Source: Kudoa neothunni
Lineage: Eukaryota > Animalia > Cnidaria
Assembly (NCBI GenBank): GCA_964304625.1
Contig: OZ199838.1
Location: 14,565,907-14,629,906 of the forward strand
Reading direction: 5' to 3'
DNA: 64,000 nucleotides
The position numbers and the translations under genes are program-made. Numbering within the stretch: position 1 is the stretch's first letter; every line of letters starts with the position of its first letter. Below the pieces are notes generated by a model. The model worked only from the letters and a program-made list of their open reading frames with translations. It was not told the DNA's origin and ran no database searches. Positions 1 to 12,178 of this stretch are shown one piece after another.

Positions 1-1426
1 CGATTATTAGCGAAATTTAATCTTATCCAATTTATTTATTGTTTATAATTGGCTCAAATTGAAACATTCTTATATGATGTTAAACCCAATTGGGAATGTG
101 CTAATATGCAAACTTCAACCATAAAACACATTAATTCAAATAAGCAACAATTCAACTATTCAACTGTATGCAATGTTTGTTTGGATATCATTGAATTGCA
201 AACTCTCTACGACACCTCGTTCGTTTGATATTGAATAGTAGTGAAAACAAATCTTTAGTTACCAGCTTGACTTATGATATTACTTGTATGTATGTAGGTG
301 AGAATTTTTATCATTACTTTTATGGTGACAATATGTACAAAATATGACTCGTTAATTATTTCAGCATATTTTTAATTTTATTTATGGTTAAAATGTTATT
401 TTTTGTTCAAATAGGTTTATTTAAAATTTCATATTTTTTGTCTTAACCTATTTTTATACTTAAAAAAGGGAATCCATTCATCTGGGTGGCATAATTCAAA
501 CTTGATTATGTACTCGGCTTATTATCTGTATTAATTAAGGTTAATATTAAAATAATTCAGTTTTAAATAATCCTTTCGGGTCGCCAAAAAAAAAGAATGA
601 CAAAGTGAAAGCTTAATCTTTTGAGGGTATTAATTTTCGACTACTTTCGTTTCATAAGTTAACGAAGGAGACCGTGTGCCGAAAACTTCGGTGTATTACC
701 AGAGGGGTGTTAATGACCTTAGAAGTTTTTTAGCGCGTTATTACCGTGAAAATTATTATCCACAAGTAACACCTCTAATAAAATTACCTAAGTTTTATTA
801 AATTTCCATTAAGTGAGGATATTTTCGAAAAAATATTTTTAATCTAAATATTCTCAATTTAGAACTAGTTGAGCATTTTGACTGACTAAAAATAAGTGAT
901 GCCACATATTATTGTATTTAAAAATTAAATCTAACAAAATAACAGCGTTGCAAACATTTTTTGTTGAAATATATGACAGAGAAACTAAATGAGTTATTAA
1001 ACACAATTTTCGGAAAACACCGTCGATCACAAAATTAAGCTGCGCGATTAAATTTGCATTGCGAAGATTAAAATTTCGAGAGAGTTCCATTTTTATAACT
1101 AAAAATTATATTGATCGTACTATTAAAGTTATTTTACTATCAAAATATAAATTCAGTTATATTTACAGTTTTATATATCAGATCATTCCCTATTTTTGAT
1201 TTACATAGTCACTAAATTTTTCATACATTCAATTACAGGTATGAGTTTATCAAAAGTTTTAATTTTTGTTAAAATTATATGAATTAATGTTCCTTTATTG
1301 TATGGAACTTTTTAAAGAAATGTTATGCAGTCAAACCCCATTTATCCGAAAATCGCGCTATCCAAACGATTTTTTAAAATTTATTTGAAAATAATGCAGA
1401 TTCTAAAGAAAAAAATTTCGTTTAAC

Positions 1427-3991
1427 GGTAATGAGGGAGTGTGCAGCTCCCATTTTTCACCCTCTTGCGCGTGTCCGACAATCCCGATTTTATTTTAAAT
1501 CAGTTATTCATTATTTTATAGTTTTGACCAAACAACAATTAGCTCCATAATTAACTTCTAAAAATTTTGCTAAAATTCACGTTCGGCTTCAATCGGTTCG
1601 TGTGCACGTGAATGCGCAAGATAGTTTTGATCTATTTTCCATATGAATTTAACATATTAGCCATGATTAAGCGTGGTTTTACCCTCTTTTAAATTTAATA
1701 TGAATGGTTGGAATGTTGCGGAAAGTAAAAATAGCTGTTAATAATTGCACGAAATAACTAAAATGTATTAATTTCGTCTGCCAAAGTTTTCTAGCTTTCT
1801 GCGTTTGTAAAGTTGTTTATTATAAATTTTTTTAGTTTATATATTATTTTTAATATTCAAAACCAATTTTTAAATACGCTAATCCACAAATATATCACGT
1901 GTATTATTAATATACCCTCAAAAACATATTAACTAAGAATTAATTCAAATAAACTTTTAATATTGTGGATATAATCTACAGGTTTGCAGTTTTATGAGGT
2001 TTATTACAATGATATGTTTCTTAAATAAGTCATATATGGTTGAAATGCACGTTTTTTATTGAATCATTTTAATTCTATATAAAAATTAAATGTTGTAATT
2101 TTATTTATAGTTTTTAGTTTTCTACATTAAAAAAATCACTTAAGATAAATTAAAAATTGTACTTCGTATATTGTTACATTCTTATGAGGTTAAAAAGCTA
2201 ATACTACAATAACCAACGATTCCGTTTAAAAATAATTCAAGAATATAGGGGAGATTACAAAACTTAATTTAAATATTATATTTATTTTCAATTTGACATT
2301 GCGCATAGAATAAGAAACGAATTTAAAATAAAATCGAAAAATTCCCATTTATTGCTGAACTTCGATCGTATCCATTCTTCGTGAAGATATGAATCAAGGT
2401 ACGCTTGGGGACACCACTCATCCGTCGTAATAATTTGGTCTTAAGATGATGCCACACAACTTCCACTGTATTTGTGTGGTAACCTTCTCTCGTGACGTAT
2501 TCCTTGGAATGGTTAACACTTATATGGGTAAATCCATACATTCCAAGGGTTTGATATGCTTTCCATTCATCAGTAAAGATCGTGGAACCAGGCTCAACTT
2601 CTTGACGTATTAATGGTATCAATGTACTCACATCCCTTCTTTGAACAATAAAAAATCTGGATTCTAATAGACTTCTTTTGTTTTCATTATCGACGGAGCA
2701 TTCGCATATCCCGACCACCCAAGGCCCTTCGATACGATTACCATAACGTTCAACAGTGTAGGAATTTTCACTGCTTTCGATTTAGTCATTTTCCGATTAA
2801 GATAGAATATAGGTTTCATTAGGGGCGTTTCTCAACCAACCTTATGCCAAATATCGTCTACGATTATTTTTTCGCTTCCCCCTTAGGAGACATTTGTCAA
2901 TATCGATAACTTTTTTAGGGCCACCAAATTTTGAACGCAAGTAAAACGATTCAGTTGAAATCATCCGAAATTTGGAAAACCAATATGTAACCGTTTTTCC
3001 AGATAATTGTGCCAAGCAAATTGTTCTGCATCGTTATTCTTCGAAACTCCATAAATATACCATCTCAAATATTTCCTGAATTGTTAAATTTGAACAATTA
3101 TTCCCAAGTACGTTAGTTATTGAAAAGAACGTTGATGTCTGAGGAGAATAATGAGTTTTGCATTTTCTACTGTAGAAAAATAAAATATGTTTTACTAACA
3201 ACGCTACTTGGAACATATATATGAAAATCTTTCAGCTAAGTTATTGTATCGTTCACTCAAAGCATTATTACTTAATTTTCTTTTAATAGCTTTAAGTTTA
3301 AAACTATTACTTCTTCCGCAATTCCTACAAGATGCAGGAATTGCGGATGAGGTTTTTGTCAATTAACAGATTTATTAGTTTTTCGTTGCTGAGTAAAATG
3401 CTGTAAAATTGGCGTTGACTACCAATAAACACCATAACGAAGATTCGGTAAATGCCGTGTTATCTACAATGAAAACTACTCCGAAAATGTAAAAATGTGT
3501 TATTTACGTTTGGATATAAATCAAAAATACATTAGTTATTAGGGGTTCATAAAATAAATTATACATATATTCGAGTTAATTTTAGATGAAAACCAAAATT
3601 TAAGAGAGAAACCCATTCCAAATTTCTTCTTAGTGTTTTCACAAGAAATTGACATAATCAAAGTGATGCAGTTAACGAGAAAATGTTTTCCATTAGAGTC
3701 AACATAAAGATTAACACTTTGTTGAAATAATGGTGGTAAAACCACGCTTAATCATGGCTAATATGTTAAATTCATATGGAAAATAGATCAAAACTATCTT
3801 GCGTATTCACGTGCACACGAACCGATTGAAGCCGAACGTGAATTTTAGCAAAATTTTTAGAAGTTAATTATGGAGCTAATTGTTGTTTGGTCAAAACTAT
3901 AAAATAATGAATAATTGATTTAAAATAAAATCGGGATTGTCGGACACGCGCAAGAGGGTGAAAAATGGGAGCTGCACACTCCCCCATTACC
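1427..3991 (-). mobile_element. Merlin (IS1016/ISXO2-like) DNA transposon with 257-bp TIRs and 8-bp TSD
   Basis: TIRs 1427-1683 and 3735-3991 begin GGTAATG and differ at about 3 positions. Flanks are cgtttaac (1419-1426) and cctttaac (3992-3999), an 8-bp TSD with one mismatch. An internal transposase remnant is present. Confidence 0.93.
2323..2965 (-). pseudogene. Degenerate Merlin/ISXO2 DDE transposase
   Basis: ORF 2323-2718 has VEPGSTIFTDEWKAY, HISVNHS and HTNTVE. An upstream fragment reads KFGGPKKVIDIDK...KRKNNR (EIDE motif altered). The frame is broken. Confidence 0.88.
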
Positions 3992-4386
3992 CCTTTAACC
4001 AAAATTTCAGCAACCGCAATCCGAAACAACTTTTTTCTGAAATTTTCGTATAAAAGTACCTTGAAGTGTCGAATGGGAGACTGGTTAAAATGACACCTAC
4101 ATTTATTTTTATCATTAAATACGTAAATAGGGGTGAATATTTTAGATTTAATATAATTATCTAGAGAATTAATTGATTCAAAAACAATAAAAATGTTTTT
4201 TTAACAAGACATGAATTAATCAACAAAATTTCGTTACATTGAATAAGCGACCCATATTTCAAAGTTCAAAATTATTTTTGAGATTTTTTTTCCATAAATC
4301 CAATTATTTATAGCCATCATTTGTATTTTATCAATTTATTAAGTTCAACGTTGTGACAGCGTTCAATAAAATTTAAAAAACTAGAC

Positions 4387-4879
4387 CTATATGAGGAAAA
4401 AATTTTTCAATATTTCCTGGTTGTCTTTGATTTTTTTATTATGAATTTCAATGCTTAAATTCTTCTGTGTGTCAAATAGCAAACCAATTCTGGTAGATCC
4501 AAATGTTTTCAATAATATTTTTTTATAATGTTGTACAGATCGCTCATGTTTATTCAAAGCGTTAGGCAGGTTATTCAAATTAGAATATCCTTCTTTCACC
4601 TAGATATTTTCATTAGGCGCTAAAAATAAATAACAGGCAAGGGAAACACAAAAGTTTTTTAGTTGTAGTACATCCATACAACCATTCTTTCCTCCCGTAT
4701 CGTACGCTATGAAAGATACGAGTAATTTTCTCTCCTTTCTGTTGTTTAATTTCATAAAGTTTCGGTGTTGGTCTACCATTTGTTATGATTCTCATCTTTC
4801 CTTCATAGAGATGTTTTGAAAACTGTTTGAGATAGTGACTATCCATGTTTGAAAGTAACGTGATAAAACCAACAAACAC
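4387..4879 (-). pseudogene. hAT-family (ZMYM1-like, TTF zinc finger) transposase fragment
   Basis: RKEWLYGC...LLCFPCLLF followed by KEGYSNLNNLPNALNKHERSVQH, the C2H2 TTF-type finger of hAT transposases. Frameshifted. Confidence 0.7.
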
Positions 4880-7644
4880 TTCAACAGATAATCAAAATAG
4901 CGATTAGGAATAATTTATGTATAACTCGCATTTTCTCAGAAGTACTACCTAATTTTATCACTTCGAAGACATTTATTAAGATTTAAATATTTCATAATTT
5001 AAAAAATAACTAGAATTTCATGTATGAGGGATGCAAATCGGTTGTCGTTATTGCGTGTTGTCACGTGACTACACAGAGTATGTAGGATTTCGTTTACGTA
5101 CCCTAGTTAGTACAAAAAATAGAGATGCGCGGAATCGCACCGCATGTGTCAGCTACGCGCGTCTACGTGTGTTTTATATAGGAGGCCGGAGGCAACCGTC
5201 ACCTCTGCCTAACTTGACCTAAATATTTGGAAAATTTTTCCATTGATTGCATAACATTTTTTATATGTACATTATACACTCACAACTGAAAATTTCTTAT
5301 TCATCTATATTGGAAGTTGGCAGATCAGGCATGGCAGGCCTCAATTTACCAATGCTTTACACACCTGGATCCATGAAAATTACTCTAGGTCGAGTTATTT
5401 TGGTCTATTATTGATATTGATTCTGGTTTATATATTTAAACTAATACTGAGATAAATGCAAATCATTTTTCTGTTTACGTGTTTCATTAATACACACATT
5501 ATTTATTTTAGAATTGGCGTTATCTTATTAATTCTCATGTTACACCCTGTAATGCAGGTACAAAAATTTCCCCACCCAACATACTCCAGGGTATGCACTG
5601 CATACCCAGGCGGCACATGCCTGATTGATGTGAGCATATTATTTATATTATGCTGTTGTTTATATATCAGATACAAAATAAGTTTTCAATGCAATTTCAA
5701 GATCGCGTGAAATTTTTATTCAATTTTCATTTCTTCCACGTAATTTGAAGATATTGACTAATACGAAATTTTTGAGAATTTTATCTTTTTAAATCATTAT
5801 CAGTAATAATGTTTACGTAATACAATGCAGCAGTGCTCGCACGTAATAAGTCGGGGAATGATGTCTTGTTACGTAGAATCGCTGCATTACGTATGAGCCA
5901 TGTTTTCGATTTTATTATTTATAGAGTTAATAATTTTTTTGTATTTAATAGACGTGGACATCTAATTCTTATGTATAGTAAATTGTGGTATAAGAGTTTG
6001 ATTTAGTGAAATAGAATAGACGATTACACACGAGCCCTGTTGCATTGTATTTTATCTTCAGTCCGCAACCAAACAATTCAAGCATGAAATGGTTAATACA
6101 TTTGACTTGATAAGTATATTTTGAAAATTTTCATAATAATTTAAAAGCCAATTAAAACGTCTACACAAGCTTTATTTATGATCGTAACACATTATAATCT
6201 GATGTTATTAATCATTAATCCTATTAGTATTTAACTACGGCTTCCTCTGGGGGAGGGGAGACACGTCATTAACTTAGAGACTGGTATTGTTAAACATAGT
6301 GTCTTTCTCGCTGCCACCTCTGTTACAATGATGAATTGACAATGTACGTTATAATCAGGTAGATTAAATTCTTAAATACTCAAACTGTATCCTTAGATTT
6401 GATTGAACCTTCATCAATCAAAATGGATACCGCCGTTTTAATTTTATTTTTCCTAAGCATTTAGATTATTTGGGTTGATATTGAGTGTCTATCAAGCTGT
6501 TTTTAGGAATAATGTATTTTTGTTTAGGTAGGGAATGAGGCATTAATTTGAGCAATAAAAATCAGTATCCGTCATTTTTAATCATGCTAAATGGAACTTT
6601 TGCTATTTTTATTTGCTCCCTAGAATTTTATCAATTTTAATCCTAATCTGCATGTACGTATGCTCAACTGTAATTTTTAATCCCATTAACTCTTACTCAC
6701 AAGCTGCATGTAGATTTAATTTATTAGAATATGCTGTGCTTTATTATTTGAGATCTATTATTTCGCAATTGTGGGGCAAAAAATTTAAATATAACCTAAA
6801 CTATCGAGACCTTAATATTATTTACCATACAAATAGTCATTTTCGTAAATAATTCAATTAATGTTCAGGGAATTCCGGTATTTACCCGAATACTTGACAT
6901 ATAATATTGTAATGAATTAATATCCTAAGAAAGTTTTTAATCGAACTAAAATCTATGTTATCATAATTCCATCGATTCGGATAAATTAATTAGTTCATTG
7001 TTAAATAAACATGTTTGTTAAATTGGAATTAATATTAACAGGTTTTCATGCGAATCAGGATTATAACCTATCATTAAATAATTTCAAATATTTGTTTGGA
7101 AACATTAAAAGAAGTTATTTCAAACAGCGATTAAATAAAATATTAAACCAAAATGATAATAAGTCCTAGGTCGGAAGCTGAATTTAGATCGTTAGCAGGT
7201 GTTATCGTATCTAAATTATTTAAGAGAAAATCCGATTTTCACCTGATCTCTTAATAAATCATCTGTAGATAAAATTTTCCAATGTTAATTTTTATGCATG
7301 AAAAATAGTCATGTTTAAGATGTGTGCATGAACAAATCAGAAAGCAAAAAGTTATAATCCCAATTCGGATTAAAAGAATGATAACATTTTGAGTTAGTGG
7401 CGTAACAACTCGAGTTAAATTACTTTTAGGAGGGTGAAAACGAAACCATTGGATATTTGTGAACTATTTTAACATTTTCACTCTAACAATTCAGTGCTGA
7501 TAAGCCGATCATCAAATTAGTTTTATTTAAATTAGCAGAGCATTAAAATTCTTAATATTGTTTGCTCCGTGGTTTCGTGAACTACGAGACTCAATATTAA
7601 CATTTAACAATAAGAGGAGGCCATCGTCTGTGATACCTCTCTCC

Positions 7645-9130
7645 ATGAAGAATTCCCTCAACGTAAATACAACCATTAAAATAAATGAAGAGAGTAATTA
7701 CTCTGACAGTAGCAATAAACAACATCGACAGAAAATATCTACATTGAAGTGCTTGAAAATGCCTGATGACAATACCAGTCACAGTAATGAAAATACAGAA
7801 ACCGACGAAAAACCCTTATTTAAAAATTCATCATCATGCAGAATTAATTCAAATCCCATAACGACTGCTGATCATGCGTTACTAACACCATTAGCGAGTA
7901 AATTATTTGATCGGCTGCAGAGAATGGGAAATGAGCATAATGCCCATGGTCCTATAATTCAATCCACATGTACTCATGAATGCCTACCATTAAAATCTCC
8001 TGTTTCAATATTGAGTTGTGAGATAGTTGAATCTACTGCTAAAAAATTTTCCAAAAAACCTGGAGATAAATGCCGATCCCTTGAATATATGTTAACTAAT
8101 GTGATACAACAAGACACCTACATCAGTTATGCTCGCTCGAAGGAAGACATTATTCAATGGAATAATAAAGTTATGAAAATTGTTGATGAAACTTCTCGTA
8201 TTGAACAAATTACTGTGAGTGTTTCAGATGTGGAGCTGCTCCAAAATATCACGACTTACTCGGATGGCACAGTGCTTAAACATACTGATTCGACTGCGAC
8301 CCCAAGCTATCATGTACGATATTTTTTATATTATAATCTCTATTATTATACGTTTTTTAGTTGAGTGTAAATGTGGTTAACGAGATAAAAAATGGTGTTC
8401 TATTCCCCAAAACCTACAAGTCGGACAACAGTGACGAAGAAATTGTTATAGATATCCAGCTACAGAAACTATATCCCATTCAACACCCATGGAAAAACTA
8501 TTCTGAGATTATATTTTGTTTTTACATCAAAAGTGCAGCTATTGAAAAACCTAATACTTTAAAAAACAATATTATGTAAAACTGGAACTCAAATGCTCAA
8601 GTGGAAATAAAAAGCAGAAAGTAATTGATAAAAATCAACTCACGCCACGAAGACCATGTATTAACCATAAAATTTTATATAACAGTTGGGTTTTTTTGAA
8701 AGTTCCTACATTCCATGAATCACCTTTAATACGTTTGTCCTTATGCGACGCGATAACCAATAAAGTCAAAGGTAGCAGATTGTTTCTTCCCAGAGACAAT
8801 TACATATGCTCTGAAAGAGACAATCAAAGTGTTTCGTCTATGGATGCGGACATGAATGCAATTTATACTGTCATTCCAAAACGAACAACTAACAAAAATC
8901 TTCCTACCAAAGTACAAACTTCGACTGTTGCTTCTCCATATGGAATCACTACGATAACATCAACAGATGACGGTTTCAACCAAATCGATATCAATGGGCC
9001 TTTATTCTTGAAAGCGGAATCGCCCTTATCACGTCCATCTCAACTGAAGCATGTCACCGATATGCTTACTCTCAAAAGTCATACGATTGGAGAGATAAAC
9101 TTTTATTATGGATGTTACCATACTCGCTGA
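7645..9130 (+). CDS. Divergent two-C2-domain protein, paralog of the C-terminal half of the adjacent extended synaptotagmin
   Basis: Intron 8314-8360. One extra A in the run at 8561-8566 joins ORFs 8361-8579 and 8696-9130. Segments align with the E-Syt C-terminus (IIFCFYIKS vs LILCFYIQS; LYNSWVFLKV vs QFNEWIHLSV). The true start is uncertain and upstream exons are possible. Confidence 0.65.
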
Positions 9131-9710
9131 GTTCCATCCAAAACTTTTTTAATGTCATTTAGAACGCGATTTGTATTTTTTGTACTGTGTTTGAATTTTA
9201 CTCTTTTTTAACTTTATGGCAAGTAAGACTAATTTCTTTCTATTATATCAAATTTTACTTTTTAACTTACGTTTTGTAGTTTTTGGCATTCAATAATATA
9301 ATTTATTAAAAATGTGCGTATCGTCTCAAAACATTAAAGTTTAATCATTAAACTTTAATGTACTCTAGAATTTTATTTATAAAAAAAAGTAAAATGAGAA
9401 TTTTACACCACATTAGATTAAAATGGCGACGGTATGATATTTTTTGGTTCTATGATGAAACATCCGATGCAGTTTATTGGGTTAGTCATGTCGGCTCAGT
9501 AAATTCTGTTGAAAAGACAGCGAGTCGTGCATATAACCTCTCACTTAGTTCAACAGTCAGAATGTAGCGGTTAATTAACTAGACGTCCTCATTTTGAGGA
9601 GGTCATTATCAAGAATCATACCACTTAAAGGCGGTTAACTCTGCGGATCTCGCTATATTTGTATTAGCTAACACCTTCCAAATGATTAAACAGTCCAATC
9701 TAATCCTTTT

Positions 9711-10190
9711 ATTTTTTTACAAGGTCAAACCTCAGGCAAAACTTATTAATTCGGTTTTGGAGTTATGACTGAACAGGTTACCTTACCAATGCTGTAAATA
9801 CTTCAAGACTAGTAATATCTACCTCTTATCCTTTTGTAGTAGTGTATAAAATGAGTCTACTAAACCTTTCTCGTTTCTATAGCAACTACTACTTCAAACC
9901 CAATCCACAAACCCATAAATCCATAAGGACATTGGTTCTATAGATATTTTATGGCTGCTAGTACATCCCCGATGATTCTAACGTCTAATTCAACCCCTCC
10001 TGTTGGATCAAACTATAATTTCGGGTTAAATTACATATTTTAATGCAATCTCACTCTAAAAACAGCTCCTATTACTGGATAGAGCTACATTCGTACGGAA
10101 ACAGGAGACTGATTAGCAGCGGGAGTAGAACTTAATACCTTTGGGTATTGAGTCCAGTCATCAAATCATTGAGGGGTTATTTAGTCTTCA
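9711..10190 (-). mobile_element. Old, diverged copy of the tRNA-derived SINE
   Basis: Collinear matches to 27185-27654, e.g. taaggacattggttct vs taaggacgttggctct and acagctcc...ggataga...ctga...gcgg...gaac. T-rich tail at the left end. Confidence 0.7.
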
Positions 10191-10689
10191 AATTTAAAAT
10201 AATATAATTCCAACTTCCGCATTAAACTAAACTATAACTGCAATTGGGTCACATTTGATAATGAATGTACACTGTAACAAAAGATTCCATTATGTAACGG
10301 AGATGCAAATTCCAGTTGTAATGGTTTTATCTATCAAACATTTGAATTCATAACTTTCAAAATTACAGTTCAGTAACGAGCTATACACTTACGTTTTCTA
10401 TTCTGTATCTTATAGTAACGGTGGCATCTCCAGAATTTCCCCAGTAATATGCCCGTACCCTGATCGGATAGTCATCACGTATGTTACTTTGAATTTAAAT
10501 AAATTTGTTCCAAAAAGAATTAATATTGTAAAAATCAAACATCATTTAATTCAATTACAAATTCATCTCAATTTATAAAAAATATATATAAAAAGGAAAA
10601 TTCACTAAGATAATTTTTCAAAATTAACTCATAATAATTAATATTATGATTTGTGTTATTTATACAAAATTCATTTCCTTTTATATGGG

Positions 10690-10860
10690 GTCTTCTCCGC
10701 TAGCTGATTCCTTCTAAATAAAATAAATGGCGGTAAAATATTTATGCATCCATTCAGAAGCTAGATTAGTTGGCTCTAATTTTCTATTAATTATAAATAT
10801 AAATTCGATTTAACGATTCATCTGATGATCCATATTCCTACGCCTAATGACAGGAAGCGC
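10690..10860 (-). pseudogene. Possible hAT dimerisation-domain remnant
   Basis: Fragments LEPTNLASE and FRRNQLAEKT resemble P-x-S-x-x-SER...RRNRL. Short GTAACG repeats lie nearby at about 10290-10420. Confidence 0.3.
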
Positions 10861-12178
10861 GCGTTTTAATAAAGCCTAAGTAAAAAGTGATTTAATAATT
10901 AAACTGTAAATTCGGCCCCCCTCAATGTCATAATTAAATTGTTGTTAAACGCTTAAGATAGATATCAATAAAAGAAACATTGATGGAGCATAATTAATAT
11001 TAAAATAATAAGTGGATTATTCTAATAATAATAATATATTGATAAATAATAGTTATATATGGTCGAATGCAAACGAATATTCAAGAAAAGATTAATAATA
11101 GTATTATTATCTTACTAGGACACGTATATCAATAGGAAAATAATTAATTTTAAGGTAAAAATGTATCATGATGGCCGTAATCCAAATCAGCGACAACGTA
11201 CAAAAACGAGTCTGATGAATATTTTAATAATGAGTATTGATCAGTGTTGAGTCATCAGTAGGGTACTTTCAGCAACCGCTGTTTGTCATCACAATAACAT
11301 TTGCAGTAATCTATTGACGTAGAGAACTCCTAGTCCCCCGCGATTATTTCGACAGACTATACCACCAATTGAGGTGACTCATGTAAAGCATGCCTTATGT
11401 GCTGTAGAATTTAAGTGGGATATCTCTGATTTTGTTGGATTGTCATATTTCATCCTTATCGATTGCCAATTGCTAAATCTATGTCTGTAAGAAAAAAGAA
11501 TTCGTATTATATACATGCATTTGATGTTCAATTGTAGCATATGCATAACTATAATATCAAAAATAATATATTGAATGAAAATAAGTCATTCCTGGCAAAA
11601 ATTATTGCATAAATATAACGCTAATCTGGGTTTAAAAATATAGGATTAATATTCGAACTAATTATAATCTATAATCTGAAAATTAGGTCATTATTCTGCA
11701 TTTTAACCAATTTTAATAATTATACAATCTATCACATTTTATAATGGTGATAATTGCATTCAAATCTCATCGTTGAATATCGCGGAATTAAAAATTTCAA
11801 TATTCTTTATTTACGATGTATTGATTTCTTATTTTGTAATTTAAAAAATTTCTATACGTTATTGTTGTTGTTTTTATTTGGTAATCACACAAGATAACAC
11901 ACTTTGAATTAACTTTATCATGGGTGAGATAAGATGACGTTACACGCATACCCATTATTTATTGAGATAACTGTGTTGGTTCACTGAATAAGTGCTATTG
12001 GTTTGATTGAACAAATTAAATGATTTTTTACGCTTAAAATAAAATAATTTCTAAGTGAACGCAAGTGGAAATTTCGGCACATTATAGAGTTATAGAGGGG
12101 CATATAGCAGAGCAAGTTGTAACGCAATCAATTTGATTTCGGATAATCTTACAGAACTGTTTAATATATATTGTGCTA

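Larger units (their letters stand above)
1328..4055. mobile_element. pogo/Tigger-type MITE split by the Merlin insertion (1328-1426 plus about 4000-4055)
   Basis: cagtcaaaccccatttatccgaaaatcgcgctatcc...aatttatttga aligns to the intact MITE at 50400-50564. The right boundary is approximate. Confidence 0.55.

Noticed and set aside
1-290. Possible coding exon (WECANMQ...VCNVCLDII) ending at a GT donor
   Set aside because: Needs a frameshift, has no recognisable homology and is cut by the window edge.
11290-11460. Non-LTR retrotransposon remnant (minus strand NRGGLGVL)
   Set aside because: Single short motif with no RT core visible.
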